Shown: positions 8,344-20,129 of the stretch, piece after piece
Layout of the letters: each line of letters begins with the position of its first letter
Numbering within the stretch: the stretch's first letter is position 1
Origin: a bacterium
GTDB taxonomy: Bacteria > UBA8248 > JACPRG01 > G963555815
DNA: 64,000 nucleotides
Reading direction: 5' to 3'
Assembly: GCA_965218795.1 (NCBI GenBank)
Contig: OZ244653.1
Span: forward strand, 2,272,001 to 2,336,000
Made by a program: the position numbers and the translations under genes
Notes under the pieces: generated by a model
Told to the model about the DNA's origin: nothing
Databases searched by the model: none
The model's input: only the letters and a program-made list of their open reading frames with translations

Positions 8344-9171
8344 ATGTCCGTCTTGTCCGCTACTCCTACAGCCCTGACGATTGCAGGATCCGACTCCGGA
8401 GGGGGCGCGGGAATTCAGGCCGACCTGAAAACCTTCACCGTCCTGGGTGTCTACGGAGCTTCCATCCTGACGGCGCTCACCGCTCAAAACACGGTGGGCG
8501 TGCAGGGAGTCCACGCCGTGCCCACGGACTTTGTGGCGGAGCAATTCGATTCTGTTTGTTCGGACATTCGGATTGGGGCGGCCAAGACGGGAATGCTCGC
8601 GGATGTGAGCCTGATTGAAGCCGTGGCCGCCAAGATTCAAGAGCGCGGAATTCGGCCTCTGGTGGTGGACCCCGTCATGGTTGCGAAATCAGGAGACCGG
8701 CTCCTGGCCGAAGGCGCGAAGAACGCTCTGATTCAAAAGATCCTCCCATTGGCGGACATCCTGACTCCCAACCTCGGAGAGGCGGAGGAAATTGCGGACA
8801 TGCCGGTAGGGAATCCGAACGCCATGAAGGAGGCCGCAAAGCGGCTGCTCGATCTCGGCCCCAAAGCGGTTCTCGTCAAGGGCGGCCACCTGGAAGGAGA
8901 TGCGGTCGATATCTTGTACGACGGTTCGGAGTTTACGCCGTTCCGCGCACCGCGAATTGAAACACCGAATACGCATGGAACGGGTTGCACCCTGTCCGCG
9001 GCCATCACGGCCTACCTGGCCAAGGGTGAAAGTCTGGACGATGCCGTCCTGAAATCAAAGAATTTCATCACGGAGGCCATTCGGAACGCGCCCCCGGATA
9101 TCGGCTCTGGCCATGGGCCCATCGACCCTATGTGGAATATCAAAAGGGGTTTGGATCAGGGGAAGCGATGA
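8344..9171 (+). CDS. thiD: hydroxymethylpyrimidine/phosphomethylpyrimidine kinase
   Basis: LTIAGSDSGGGAGIQADLKT, DPVMVAKSG, KGGH, THGTGCT. Confidence 0.97.
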   Translation: MSVLSATPTALTIAGSDSGGGAGIQADLKTFTVLGVYGASILTALTAQNTVGVQGVHAVPTDFVAEQFDSVCSDIRIGAAKTGMLADVSLIEAVAAKIQERGIRPLVVDPVMVAKSGDRLLAEGAKNALIQKILPLADILTPNLGEAEEIADMPVGNPNAMKEAAKRLLDLGPKAVLVKGGHLEGDAVDILYDGSEFTPFRAPRIETPNTHGTGCTLSAAITAYLAKGESLDDAVLKSKNFITEAIRNAPPDIGSGHGPIDPMWNIKRGLDQGKR

Positions 9172-9343
9172 ACGGATTGAAAAAACACGGGGGATTCGAG
9201 CGGGTCGTCATTCCGCAATGCGACCGGCAGTGGATTTGTGGATTCCGTAAAATCTAATATTTCAGCTCCTCCAGGGGCGCGCCTCGCAGTGCATAAAGGA
9301 GGGGGCCCCGCGCCAAGTCATTCGGGCGGGCATCACTAAAACC

Positions 9344-11236
9344 CTATAGATTGAACCCGGGCCGAAACTCTACGCTTGTCGCCCGCCGTTGGGCTGCAAC
9401 CCAATTTCTCAAGACCAATGATTGTTTGCTCCGTAGGTACTCCTGACGGAACTTTCCGCCGTCTTTCTTCAACCTGCCCGGATCGGCAGCTTTCCGCCCG
9501 GACACCACATACAGCATCCGGCCGTTCGCCGTTACCGCCTGCCCGGCTTTTCCCGAGTCGAGATTGAAAACCTTTTGATAGAAGTCTCCACCGAGCTGGG
9601 GGGAGGAAAGCGGCTCCACGCGATTGAACTGAGGGGATTCGGTCACTCTGAGCCCCTCCGCCTTCGCGATCTCTGTCAGGGGCTTGCCATCGTTCACCGT
9701 CTTGACCCAACCCTTCACCTTTTCCTCCGCCAACCGTTCATCCTCATCCCGAACATAGGCCTTCTCGACCTCCGCCCGGACTTCCTTGAGTTCGGGTAGG
9801 CGGGAGGGCCGCTCATCAATCACCCGGATCAGATACCAACCTGCGTCTCCCTCGATTGGATCGCCGAGCTCCCCCCTCTCGAGACGGAACGCGGCAGCCG
9901 CCACCCTTTGCGCATCCGGAAGGACGAGGCCTTTTCCATCCGGGGTAAATAACTTCGAATTGCCCTGCCGGATGCCTTCCATTTTTGGAAGGCTATCCAG
10001 TTTTCGCCCTTCGGAAATCTCGTCCCAGATTTTTTCGATTCCTTCACGCGCCTTCTCGGAAGCGCGCGCCGCGCGCAGTTGATCGGCAATGGAAGCCTTG
10101 ACTTCCGATAGAGGCCGGGCCTTCGCCGACTCAATCTTATCCAACCGCACGAGATGGTATCCGAAGGGGGTCCTGACCGGACCCGCCACTTCCCCCTCTT
10201 CCAACCCGAAAACAGCCTTCTCGAAAGCGGGGTCCATTTCACCGCGTACAATCGCGCCCAAATCACCGCCTTTGCCAGCATTCGGATCATCCGAGGATTC
10301 GTCAGCCAGCTTGCTGAAATCTTCCCCGGAACGAATCCTTTTCAGCAGACCATTGGCCTTGGCTTTGACCTCTCCCGCCAACTCCTGGGAAGCTTCCGGA
10401 GCCACTTTGAACAGGATATGGCGAACCTGCCGCTTCTCGGGCTCCCGGTATTCCTCCTTGGCCGCTTCATAAGCCTTGGCAATTTCTTCGTCAGTGACCT
10501 TCACGGTCTTCTCGAACGCGAGGATCTCCGCAAAAACATAAGCAACCCGATATTTTTTCGGCAAACGAAACCGGGCCTTTTCCTTCCCGAAGTAGGCAAG
10601 CAGGGCGTCTTCTTTGACCTTGGGGGGGTTCTCGAAACGATCCGTGGGATAGATCATGTAACGCACTTTGACACCTTCATGGCCCCATCGATAAGCCTCT
10701 TCGATTTCCGGGACGGTCACCTTGACGCTATCCCGGATGACGGACTCGATCTTCCCCAAAAACAGGATCTGGCGTTGCTCGGCCTCATAGTCGGTGACCG
10801 ACAAACGGCTTCGACGAAGGACCTCCAGGTACAGAGCACGGTTGAAACTTCCGTTTCTTTGGAACGTGGGAAGGCGCTCGATGTGTCCGGCCAACTCCTC
10901 ATCGGAAACGGACAAGCCCGCCGCCTCCGCTTCCCGGATTTGAATCCTCGCCCTGACCAGCGTCTCCATCGCTTGACGGCCGAGTTGGAGGGCATTGAGC
11001 GTAGCCTGATCCAAATCTCTCCCGTAAATCCGACGGTATAAGTCATGGGTTTGCCGGTAGGCGGCTTGGTATTCTGCGAGCGATATGGGTTCACCGTCTA
11101 CGGTCGCAATGACATCCCGGGTAAACGGCCCTTGTGTGGCGCTCCACCCGAAGAAGCCCACGAACGTGACCACGATCATGCCAAGCATGATTTTGATGAA
11201 CCAAGAATTAGCGTGCTTTCGCATAAATTTCAGCAT
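9344..11236 (-). CDS. ppiD: PpiD/SurA-like membrane-anchored peptidylprolyl isomerase
   Basis: N-terminal TM helix, SurA_N region, parvulin domain (RHIL, SDDP, GGDLG, FEKAVF, PVRTPFGYHL). Confidence 0.9.
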   Translation of the reverse strand: MLKFMRKHANSWFIKIMLGMIVVTFVGFFGWSATQGPFTRDVIATVDGEPISLAEYQAAYRQTHDLYRRIYGRDLDQATLNALQLGRQAMETLVRARIQIREAEAAGLSVSDEELAGHIERLPTFQRNGSFNRALYLEVLRRSRLSVTDYEAEQRQILFLGKIESVIRDSVKVTVPEIEEAYRWGHEGVKVRYMIYPTDRFENPPKVKEDALLAYFGKEKARFRLPKKYRVAYVFAEILAFEKTVKVTDEEIAKAYEAAKEEYREPEKRQVRHILFKVAPEASQELAGEVKAKANGLLKRIRSGEDFSKLADESSDDPNAGKGGDLGAIVRGEMDPAFEKAVFGLEEGEVAGPVRTPFGYHLVRLDKIESAKARPLSEVKASIADQLRAARASEKAREGIEKIWDEISEGRKLDSLPKMEGIRQGNSKLFTPDGKGLVLPDAQRVAAAAFRLERGELGDPIEGDAGWYLIRVIDERPSRLPELKEVRAEVEKAYVRDEDERLAEEKVKGWVKTVNDGKPLTEIAKAEGLRVTESPQFNRVEPLSSPQLGGDFYQKVFNLDSGKAGQAVTANGRMLYVVSGRKAADPGRLKKDGGKFRQEYLRSKQSLVLRNWVAAQRRATSVEFRPGFNL

Positions 11237-11457
11237 GGATGCCCAGCCTCCTGGTCAACGCAGACACCGAACCTAAAGATGAGGTTTATAGAGTTTTTCT
11301 ACGTATCTTCTTTTCTACATATCTTCATCGGTTCCGATTTGATTTCTCATTGAATGCAGGATCCGTGTAAGTGAAAAATAATCCATTGATCAACTTGAAT
11401 CAAGATCCTTTGTAACTTGCGATGAAACAAGGTGTATATAAATTTCACGCTTTTCTC

Positions 11458-11487
11458 TTGTCAACCGTGCCAAAATGCTGTTAAATT
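11458..11487 (+). promoter_or_regulatory. sigma70-like promoter of the mre operon
   Basis: TTGTCA, 18-nt spacer ending TGn, then TAAATT, in an AT-rich divergent intergenic region. Confidence 0.45.
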
Positions 11488-11523
11488 TCAGGTCGATTAA
11501 GGGATTGATGCGGTTTGGCATGA

Positions 11524-12603
<1,080 letters not shown>

Positions 12604-12638
12604 GTCAGATTCAGTCGTTTGGAGACCGTTCTTTATTG

Positions 12639-13472
12639 ATGAGGCAGTTCGTAGAACGGCGTCAGGATTTGTTGCTGGTGGGCGGGCTGATTGTGTTCTC
12701 GCTCACTTTAATGACCCTCCAGGTTCGCCATAAAGGGCTGACCTCCCCCATTGAGCGATTTGCCATCGCAATCGTCGGGCCTTTCCAGTCCCTCGTCCAC
12801 AAACCCATGGCCGCAATCCGACGGCTGAATTTCAATCTGGCATTGCTGGAAAGCCTCCAGGACGAAAATCAATATCTCAAAGATGAACTACAGAGACTCC
12901 GAACGGCCGAGACCGCCTATCGGGAAATCCAACTCAAGAATGACCGTTTGCGGCGGCTTCTCAGCTTCAAAGAGCAAGTACCGTTCGTAATGCTCACAGC
13001 GTCAGTCATCGCCCGAGACGCCACCAACTGGTCAAAGACCATTACGATTGACGTCGGATCGGAATCCGGAATTCGTGAAGAGATACCCGTTCTGAATCAC
13101 GAGGGTATTGTGGGGCACGTCATTCGGGTCGCTCCCCATCATGCTCAGGTTCTCCTGATTACGGACGCGCGGGGCGCCGTGGACGCTATGATGCAAAGAA
13201 CGCGGACAGGGGGGGTGTTCATAGGATCGTCCAACGGCCATAATGCAGGATTCCTCCGATACGTTCACCGCGAGGAGGATATCCGCGTCAGCGATCGGGT
13301 GGTTTCTTCCGGCTATGGGGGTATCTACCCCAAAGGTTTACTTCTGGGCGTGGTCAAGAAGGTGGACCGAAGTGGAACGGATTTATTTCAGACAATCCAC
13401 GTGGAGCCCGCGGCGGATTTCTCTCGTCTGGAAGAAGTTTTGGTGGTGCTGGATCAGCGGCCGTCTCCATGA
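12639..13472 (+). CDS. mreC: rod shape-determining protein MreC
   Basis: TM helix, coiled coil (NDRLRRLL), SSGYGGIYPKG, DFSRLEEVLV; synteny. Confidence 0.95.
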   Translation: MRQFVERRQDLLLVGGLIVFSLTLMTLQVRHKGLTSPIERFAIAIVGPFQSLVHKPMAAIRRLNFNLALLESLQDENQYLKDELQRLRTAETAYREIQLKNDRLRRLLSFKEQVPFVMLTASVIARDATNWSKTITIDVGSESGIREEIPVLNHEGIVGHVIRVAPHHAQVLLITDARGAVDAMMQRTRTGGVFIGSSNGHNAGFLRYVHREEDIRVSDRVVSSGYGGIYPKGLLLGVVKKVDRSGTDLFQTIHVEPAADFSRLEEVLVVLDQRPSP

Positions 13473-13975
13473 TCGTCCTTGATGTTCTCTGCCTGATTGT
13501 TGTCATTCTCATACTCCAAACGACGCTGGCTGAATTCATAGCCGAATTAGCAGGCACGAAACCCGACCTGATTCTCTTGGTCGTCCTCAGTCTCGGGCTT
13601 TCGCGCGGAAAGCGCGCGGGAATCGGCTACGGTTGGCTGCTCGGACTGATTCAAGACGTTCTCTCCGGAAGTCTCCTCGGGCAAAATGCCCTGTCCAAGG
13701 GAATCATCGGATACCTTACGGGCGTCCTGCACCGGAACATGGGCGATCTGACCATGATTTCCCACCTTCTCATCGTTCCGTTGGCAACCCTCTTTGATGC
13801 CGCCATTCATTTGGGTACAGTGTCTCTCCTGTACGGTGCACCCATCGGGAAACAGGTCCTCGTCACGATCGGGATCATTGTACTCCTGAATACGATCGCC
13901 AGCCCCCTGACGAGTTGGTTGGTCAGAATATTCACCCGCAGAATTTGGGGTCAGCAGGACGAGGTCTCCTTTTGA
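13469..13975 (+). CDS. mreD: rod shape-determining protein MreD
   Basis: hydrophobic; KPDLIL, GLIQDVLSG; synteny. Confidence 0.92.
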   Translation: MIVLDVLCLIVVILILQTTLAEFIAELAGTKPDLILLVVLSLGLSRGKRAGIGYGWLLGLIQDVLSGSLLGQNALSKGIIGYLTGVLHRNMGDLTMISHLLIVPLATLFDAAIHLGTVSLLYGAPIGKQVLVTIGIIVLLNTIASPLTSWLVRIFTRRIWGQQDEVSF

Positions 13976-13984
13976 AAGGCCCAG

Positions 13985-15892
13985 ATGAATTTCCGTAAAC
14001 TTCGCCAGATGTCTTCCCGGATTGAAACCGGGAGCATCAACCGGCGACTGTTTGTCATCGGAAGTGTTTCCCTTTTTTTGATAGGAATCCTGGTACTGCG
14101 GCTATGGGTCCTTCAGGTTATCCGGGGAGAGTATTTCCGGCGGCGATCGGAAAACAACCGAATCGAGACCAAACTGGTACCGGGGCTCCGCGGGAGGATC
14201 CTCGATCGGAATGGTCGCTTACTCGCCGGAAACCGGGCGGCGTTTCACCTTGCCCTGATTCCGCGATCCGTACCCGATCTCGAAAATAGCTTGAGCCGCC
14301 TGAAGGAACAGACAGGACTGGACCCAGTCCGGGCCAGGGCCAGGATCCGGCGCGGTAATCCCTTTAAACCCATTATTGTTCAACGGGATCTCTCCCGCGA
14401 GGCCGTCGCCCAGGTGATGGAGCACCGCTGGGAGCTTCCCGGCGTTCTGGTTCAAGTCAACCCCCAACGGGAGTATCCCTACAATGCGATGGCCGCACAA
14501 ATGATGGGGTATCTCGGAAGAATTTCTGAAAGCCGATTGAAAAAGAAAAAGGGTTACCACCGCGGAGACATGACCGGCAAGCAGGGAATTGAGCGGGATT
14601 TCGAAGAAACCCTGCGCGGATCGAGGGGCAGACGGTGGGTCGAGGTGGACGCATTCGGACGGGAAATCAAATTGTTGGGGGAAGAGCCGGCCAAACGGGG
14701 CAAAAACTTGGTTCTGACGCTGGACTTGGAATTACAGCGAATGGCCGAATCCTTGATGGCCGAACGACCGGGAGTGCTGATCGCGATGGATCCCCGAAAC
14801 GGGGAAATCCTCGCACTCTCGAGTAACCCCAGGTTCGATCCCAACGCATTGACCAACGGAATGAGCGCGGAGTTGTGGAATTCCCTCCTACGGAACCCGC
14901 TACGGATCCTGCAAGACCGGGCAACGCGAGGGCAGTATCCTCCGGGTTCAGTATTTAAAATTGTAATGGCCGCCGCCGGATTGGAAGAAAATCTGATTCA
15001 ACCGACGGATACTCTCTTTTGCCCGGGCAATTTCAGGTTCCACGACCGGATCCATCGTTGCTGGCAGGCACACGGGCATGGAAATGTCAACCTGCATCGC
15101 GCCCTTGTTGAATCGTGCGACGTCTTCTTCTACCAGCTTGGACTCAAGCTGGGGATCAGCCGAATTGCACGATACGCATCCTCCTTTGGCTTGGGGAAAC
15201 CGACCGGCATCGTCAAACGAGGTGAGAAGGTTGGCATTGTTCCATCGCCCGGCTGGAAAAAGAAGGTTCTGGGCCAACCCTGGTATACGGGGGAAACTAT
15301 CTCCGTGTCGATTGGGCAGGGGTATTCATTGGTCACTCCGATTCAGATTGCCGTTCTCACGGCGGCCGTCGCCAACGGGGGGACTCTCTTCCGGCCGACC
15401 CTTGTCCGCAGGATCGATGAAAGCGACGGGACCGTTCTGGAGACCTTTACGCCGGAGATCACGGGTCAGCTTCCCGTCAGTCCCAGGAACTTGAAGCTCA
15501 TCCGTAACGCCCTTCGAGGCGTCGTACACGACCCTCGGGGCACCGGCTTCCGCGCGAGATTGCCGGGTATCAAAGTTGCCGGAAAAACGGGGACGGCCCA
15601 AGTGGTCCGTCTGAAGGCCCGCAAAGACTCAAAAGAACAACAGACCAGACCTCGGACTCTACGCGACCATGCCTGGTTCATAGCGTTCGCACCCTTTGAA
15701 GAGCCCTCGATTGCCGTAGTCGTCCTAGCGGAACACGCGGGCCAGGGCGGAAGCCGGTATGCGCCTCTCGCCAAGGCACTCATTGCGCATCACTTGGGAA
15801 TCGCCGTTCCCCAGCCCCAGGCGAGAATCAAAGTTTCACCGCCCTCTCCCCTCCTTCACTATGCCTCTCGCAATGAGGGGGGAGAGGAATGA
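13985..15892 (+). CDS. mrdA: penicillin-binding protein 2
   Basis: RGRILDRNG, PPGSVFK (SxxK), SCD, KTGTAQ. Confidence 0.96.
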   Translation: MNFRKLRQMSSRIETGSINRRLFVIGSVSLFLIGILVLRLWVLQVIRGEYFRRRSENNRIETKLVPGLRGRILDRNGRLLAGNRAAFHLALIPRSVPDLENSLSRLKEQTGLDPVRARARIRRGNPFKPIIVQRDLSREAVAQVMEHRWELPGVLVQVNPQREYPYNAMAAQMMGYLGRISESRLKKKKGYHRGDMTGKQGIERDFEETLRGSRGRRWVEVDAFGREIKLLGEEPAKRGKNLVLTLDLELQRMAESLMAERPGVLIAMDPRNGEILALSSNPRFDPNALTNGMSAELWNSLLRNPLRILQDRATRGQYPPGSVFKIVMAAAGLEENLIQPTDTLFCPGNFRFHDRIHRCWQAHGHGNVNLHRALVESCDVFFYQLGLKLGISRIARYASSFGLGKPTGIVKRGEKVGIVPSPGWKKKVLGQPWYTGETISVSIGQGYSLVTPIQIAVLTAAVANGGTLFRPTLVRRIDESDGTVLETFTPEITGQLPVSPRNLKLIRNALRGVVHDPRGTGFRARLPGIKVAGKTGTAQVVRLKARKDSKEQQTRPRTLRDHAWFIAFAPFEEPSIAVVVLAEHAGQGGSRYAPLAKALIAHHLGIAVPQPQARIKVSPPSPLLHYASRNEGGEE

Positions 15893-15937
15893 AGAGGTCC
15901 GAATCCGGGTTATGGCTCCATGTGAGGACATTCTGTC

Positions 15938-17032
15938 ATGTTTGATCGGCGAATCCTGGGTCAAGTGGATTGGGGATTGCTGCTGGCTGTTTTTCTGATT
16001 GCAGGAACCGGCGTTACGATGATCTATAGCGCCACCTATTCCAAAACCGGTGACCTGGAGGGACTCCACCTCCGCCAGATTTCCTGGATTGGGGTCGGCC
16101 TCCTGGGCGTCCTCGTGCTGATGATCGGGGATTACCGGATCATTCATCGCCACGCTTACCTGATTTACGCAGCAGCAGTGCTTTTGCTCATTCTGGTTTT
16201 TCCGTTTGGAAAAACCATTGGCGGCGCCACGCGCTGGCTCGTCTTCGGGCCCGTCCGCCTCCAGCCGTCCGAGTTTGCCAAGTTGGCCGTTATCATCGCT
16301 CTGGCGCGCTACCTGTCGAATGAGAACCGGACTGGATTGATGGACGTTAGAGACCTGGGGATTCCGGCACTGCTGATCCTGATCCCGGCCGCGCTTGTCG
16401 CCAGACAGCCCGATCTGGGCACGGCCTTGGTTCTCGCGTTGGTTGGCGTGATCGTCATCTTCACAGCGGGCCTTCGGTTCTGGACCATCGTCATCTTGGG
16501 CGTAGGAGCAATCGCCATGACGCCGCTGGGGTGGCTTTTTCTCAAGGGTTACCAGAGGGAACGCGTTTTGGCGGTTCTCCAGGGCGGGGATCCTTTGGAC
16601 GCCGGGTACCACAGCCTCCAGGCCAAAATTGCCATCGGCTCGGGAGGTCTCACGGGGAAGGGGCTTCTTGCCGGAACCCAGAGCCAGCTCCACTTCCTGC
16701 CCGCCCAACATACGGATTTCATTCTCGCCGTTTTAGCGGAAGAGGTCGGGTTTCTCGGGAGCATGTGGCTTTTGGTTCTATTCTCGATCCTGATAATTCA
16801 GGGAACTCGTATCGCCTATCGTTCCCGGGACTTGTTCGGATCCCTGTTGGCCGCCGGCATCGCCGGCTCGCTGAGCCTGCACGTCGTCTTGAACGTGGCA
16901 ATGACCACCGGGATGCTTCCGGTCGTAGGTCTTCCGCTTCCACTAATGAGCTACGGCGGGTCTTCGATGGTCGTGACCCTGCTCGGAATCGGCCTGCTGT
17001 TGAACATCCAGATACGACGATTCAGCTTTTAG
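15938..17032 (+). CDS. rodA: rod shape-determining protein RodA
   Basis: QPSEFAK, QPDLGT, HTDFI, LPLMSYGGSS. Confidence 0.96.
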   Translation: MFDRRILGQVDWGLLLAVFLIAGTGVTMIYSATYSKTGDLEGLHLRQISWIGVGLLGVLVLMIGDYRIIHRHAYLIYAAAVLLLILVFPFGKTIGGATRWLVFGPVRLQPSEFAKLAVIIALARYLSNENRTGLMDVRDLGIPALLILIPAALVARQPDLGTALVLALVGVIVIFTAGLRFWTIVILGVGAIAMTPLGWLFLKGYQRERVLAVLQGGDPLDAGYHSLQAKIAIGSGGLTGKGLLAGTQSQLHFLPAQHTDFILAVLAEEVGFLGSMWLLVLFSILIIQGTRIAYRSRDLFGSLLAAGIAGSLSLHVVLNVAMTTGMLPVVGLPLPLMSYGGSSMVVTLLGIGLLLNIQIRRFSF

Positions 17033-17316
17033 CACAGCGATTGCGCGGGATGGTCGAACGGGGGGCGAGCGGTTCAACTTGACTTTTCCGTTAAGAACAA
17101 TAACTTTTTTCTCGAGACGATACCGCACTATCGTTGCTTGTTCCTTTGAAGCGACGTCGCTGCGTGGAACGGCGAAAAGGACGTTAGCCGGATCTGGCTA
17201 ACTGATTCAGAATCCGTACCGGTTTGGATATCATTTCAGATCTGTCGCGCCGTTCCCGCCGCATACCGACCTTACAAATTTGCTGCCGGGATTTGATTTT
17301 CACTGGATGTAAAAAA

Positions 17317-18855
17317 TTGACTGCCTCCTCTTCCAAACTCATCGTAAACGTCGAACCTCAGGAAACCCGCGTTTCTCTTCTCGAGAATAACGTCGTCACC
17401 GAACTCTACATCGAGCGGAAGGAAGACGAGGGCATCGTGGGGAATATCTATAAGGGAAACGTGACGAAGGTTCTTCCGGGGATGCAAGCGGCATTCGTGG
17501 ACATCGGACTGGTGAAAGCCGGGTTCTTATATGTCTCCGACGTGGATGTCGAGCGCGATAATATCGATTCTTACATGGAGCAGCATGAGAAGCTGGAGTT
17601 CGAAGACGAGCGTCGCGAACGAAGCCGGCGTGCCCCCTTGCAACCCATTGAAGACCTTCTACGAACCGGCGAAGAGGTCATGGTCCAGGTGACCAAAGAA
17701 CCGATTGGCACGAAAGGCTGCCGATTGACCTCTTACATCTCTTTGCCGGGCCGGTATCTCGTTTACATGCCCAGCGGGGATCAGATCGGGGTTTCCAGAA
17801 GAATCGAAGACGAATCGGAGCGAAAGAGGCTCAAGAAGCTGGTCCGCAAGCTGAAGTCGAAGATCCAGGGAAATGGGGGCGGGTTCATTGTCCGTACGGT
17901 CAGCGAAGGGGTGTCTGAGACCGAGTTTGAGAATGACATCCGATTCTTGACGACCTTATGGAAACAAACACACGAGGCGTGTGAGAAAGTCTCTGCACCG
18001 AACATCATCCACGACGACCTGAATCTGATACTTCGGATGATTCGGGACCTGTTTTCCGAAGACATCTCCCAAATGATCATTGACGACCCGGAAGTACACG
18101 GCCAAACCCTGGGATTCGTCGAGCGCTTTTACCCTCATCTGGCGCCGCGAATTACGTTGCACGACGGGACGGAACCCATCTTTGATGCCTATGGGGTGGA
18201 GCTCGAAATCGAGCGGGCCCTGGGCCGACGGGTCTGGCTCAAATCGGGCGGTTACATCGTCCTCGACCAGACCGAAGCCCTCGTCAGCGTTGACGTCAAT
18301 ACGGGCCGATTCGTAGGAAAGCGCGACCCCGAAGAGACCATCTTGAAGACAAACCTGGAAGCCGTCAGGGAAGTCGTTTACCAGATCCGTCTCCGCAACA
18401 TTGGCGGAATCATCATCATCGACTTCATCGACATGGAGCGGGAGGAGAACAAGGAAAAAGTGTTCGAAGCCCTCGCACAAGAGCTCAAGACCGATCGCTC
18501 CAGGACCAGGATTCTCAAGATCTCCGAAATGGGTTTGGTGGAAATGACGAGGAAGCGAGTCCGTGAAAGTCTCAGCCGGACCCTCTGTCAACCCTGTCCT
18601 TACTGCGATAGCCGGGGAATCATCAAATCGACAATAACGGTTTGCTATGAAATCCTCCGCGAGCTCCGGCGGGTCCACGCTCACGACCCGGAGGCCCAAA
18701 AACTCAAGGTGAATGTCCACCCCACGGTGGCCGATTTACTCATGGAAGACGAAAGCGATCACCTCGATCGGCTGGAAAACGAGTTGAATCTCAAGGTGAT
18801 GGTAAAAGCCGACAAGGACCTTCACCAGGAAGGGTTTGAAGTCTTCTCGCTTTGA
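17317..18855 (+). CDS. rng: Rne/Rng family ribonuclease (RNase G-like)
   Basis: GNIYKGNVTKVLPGMQAAFVDIG, DVNTG, GGIIIIDFIDM, CPYC; probable TTG start at 17317. Confidence 0.93.
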   Translation: MTASSSKLIVNVEPQETRVSLLENNVVTELYIERKEDEGIVGNIYKGNVTKVLPGMQAAFVDIGLVKAGFLYVSDVDVERDNIDSYMEQHEKLEFEDERRERSRRAPLQPIEDLLRTGEEVMVQVTKEPIGTKGCRLTSYISLPGRYLVYMPSGDQIGVSRRIEDESERKRLKKLVRKLKSKIQGNGGGFIVRTVSEGVSETEFENDIRFLTTLWKQTHEACEKVSAPNIIHDDLNLILRMIRDLFSEDISQMIIDDPEVHGQTLGFVERFYPHLAPRITLHDGTEPIFDAYGVELEIERALGRRVWLKSGGYIVLDQTEALVSVDVNTGRFVGKRDPEETILKTNLEAVREVVYQIRLRNIGGIIIIDFIDMEREENKEKVFEALAQELKTDRSRTRILKISEMGLVEMTRKRVRESLSRTLCQPCPYCDSRGIIKSTITVCYEILRELRRVHAHDPEAQKLKVNVHPTVADLLMEDESDHLDRLENELNLKVMVKADKDLHQEGFEVFSL

Positions 18856-18875
18856 AGTCCTCCCGGGCGCCTTCC

Positions 18876-18904
18876 TTGACACTCAAAAATCCCAATCCTA
18901 TATT
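18876..18904 (+). promoter_or_regulatory. sigma70 promoter of the dprA operon
   Basis: TTGACA-N17-TATATT, about 85 nt upstream of dprA. Confidence 0.7.
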
Positions 18905-18987
18905 TAGTCGCCAATTGCCCGTCGCACGAAGGGGACGGATCCCGGCCAGCCCCGGGAAACCGCCAAACGCAGCGCAGGAGACGGCGT

Positions 18988-20091
18988 ATGGTCAACCCGG
19001 AAAGGCGAGAGGCATGGGTTGCGCTCAACTTGGCGCCGGGGTTTTCTTCCAGCCGAATACGGGCACTGGCCGACGCCTTTGGCGGCCCGCGGGAAGTTTT
19101 GCAGGCGGGTGTGGAGGCCTTACAGCAGAGCGGCGGGCTTTCGGCCAAAGCCGCGGCGCGCTTGACGAATTTCGATTGGAAGGGCGAGTTGGAAATAGAA
19201 CTGCGTCGCGCCGAAGCGCTGAAGGTTCGTATCGTGACGCTGGATGATCCGGATTACCCCATCCCTCTCGGAGAGATTTACGATCCGCCTCCGGTCCTCT
19301 ATCGATTGGGACGGCTCATGAAGGACGAAAGTCTGTCCATTGCTGTCGTGGGAACGCGTCGGCCCACCCCCTACGGACGGCGGATGGCGGCCCGTTTGGG
19401 CCGGGAGTTGACAGAACAGGGAGTGACCGTCGTCAGTGGGATGGCGCGGGGGATTGATACCGCCGCCCATGAAGGGGCCTTGGAAGCCGGCGGCAGAACG
19501 GTGGCCGTTGCGGGGTGCGGGCTCTCTCAGGTATACCCGCCCGAGGCGCGGGAATTGCAAGAGGCCATTGTCGAAAAAGGGGCCGTGATCTCCGAACGAC
19601 CCTTGGAGGATCCCCCCCTGGCCCGGCACTTTCCCCAGAGAAACCGGGTCATCAGCGGTCTCACAGCGGGGACGGTGATCGTGGAAGCGGCGGAACGGAG
19701 CGGGGCGCTGATCACCGCCCGCCTTGCGGCCGAACAGGGACGGGAAGTCTTTGCCGTTCCCGGGCGGGCGGATTCGAATCAAAGCAAGGGCGCCCATCGT
19801 CTGCTGCGGGAAGGCGCCGGATTGGTGGAGACCGCGCAAGATGTGATCGCCCAGCTTTCACCGAGTCTCACGGCCCGCCTGAGTCCAAAAGCGGCCCAAG
19901 CGGAGACCGAACCCTTCCTGGCGGGAGCCGAGGCGAAGGTGTTCGGTCTTGTATCGGAAGAAGACAAGCAGATCGAACAGTTAATTGAAGAGAGCCGGCT
20001 CAGTCCCGCGGACGTGTCGGGGGCCCTGATGGCCCTGGAGCTCAAAGGACTCATCCGCCAGTTTCCGGGAAAGATATTCTCGAGGGCCTGA
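18988..20091 (+). CDS. dprA: DNA-processing protein DprA
   Basis: AVVGTR, SGMARGIDTAAH, FPQRNRVISG, C-terminal winged helix. Confidence 0.96.
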   Translation: MVNPERREAWVALNLAPGFSSSRIRALADAFGGPREVLQAGVEALQQSGGLSAKAAARLTNFDWKGELEIELRRAEALKVRIVTLDDPDYPIPLGEIYDPPPVLYRLGRLMKDESLSIAVVGTRRPTPYGRRMAARLGRELTEQGVTVVSGMARGIDTAAHEGALEAGGRTVAVAGCGLSQVYPPEARELQEAIVEKGAVISERPLEDPPLARHFPQRNRVISGLTAGTVIVEAAERSGALITARLAAEQGREVFAVPGRADSNQSKGAHRLLREGAGLVETAQDVIAQLSPSLTARLSPKAAQAETEPFLAGAEAKVFGLVSEEDKQIEQLIEESRLSPADVSGALMALELKGLIRQFPGKIFSRA

Positions 20092-20129
20092 GGCGGGTCG
20101 GCCAAAATTGCTTTGGGAGCGGATGACCC

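Noticed and set aside
11459-11486. dif-like site (TGTTAAAT)
   Set aside because: Only a partial XerD-arm match and no XerC arm; better explained as the mreB promoter
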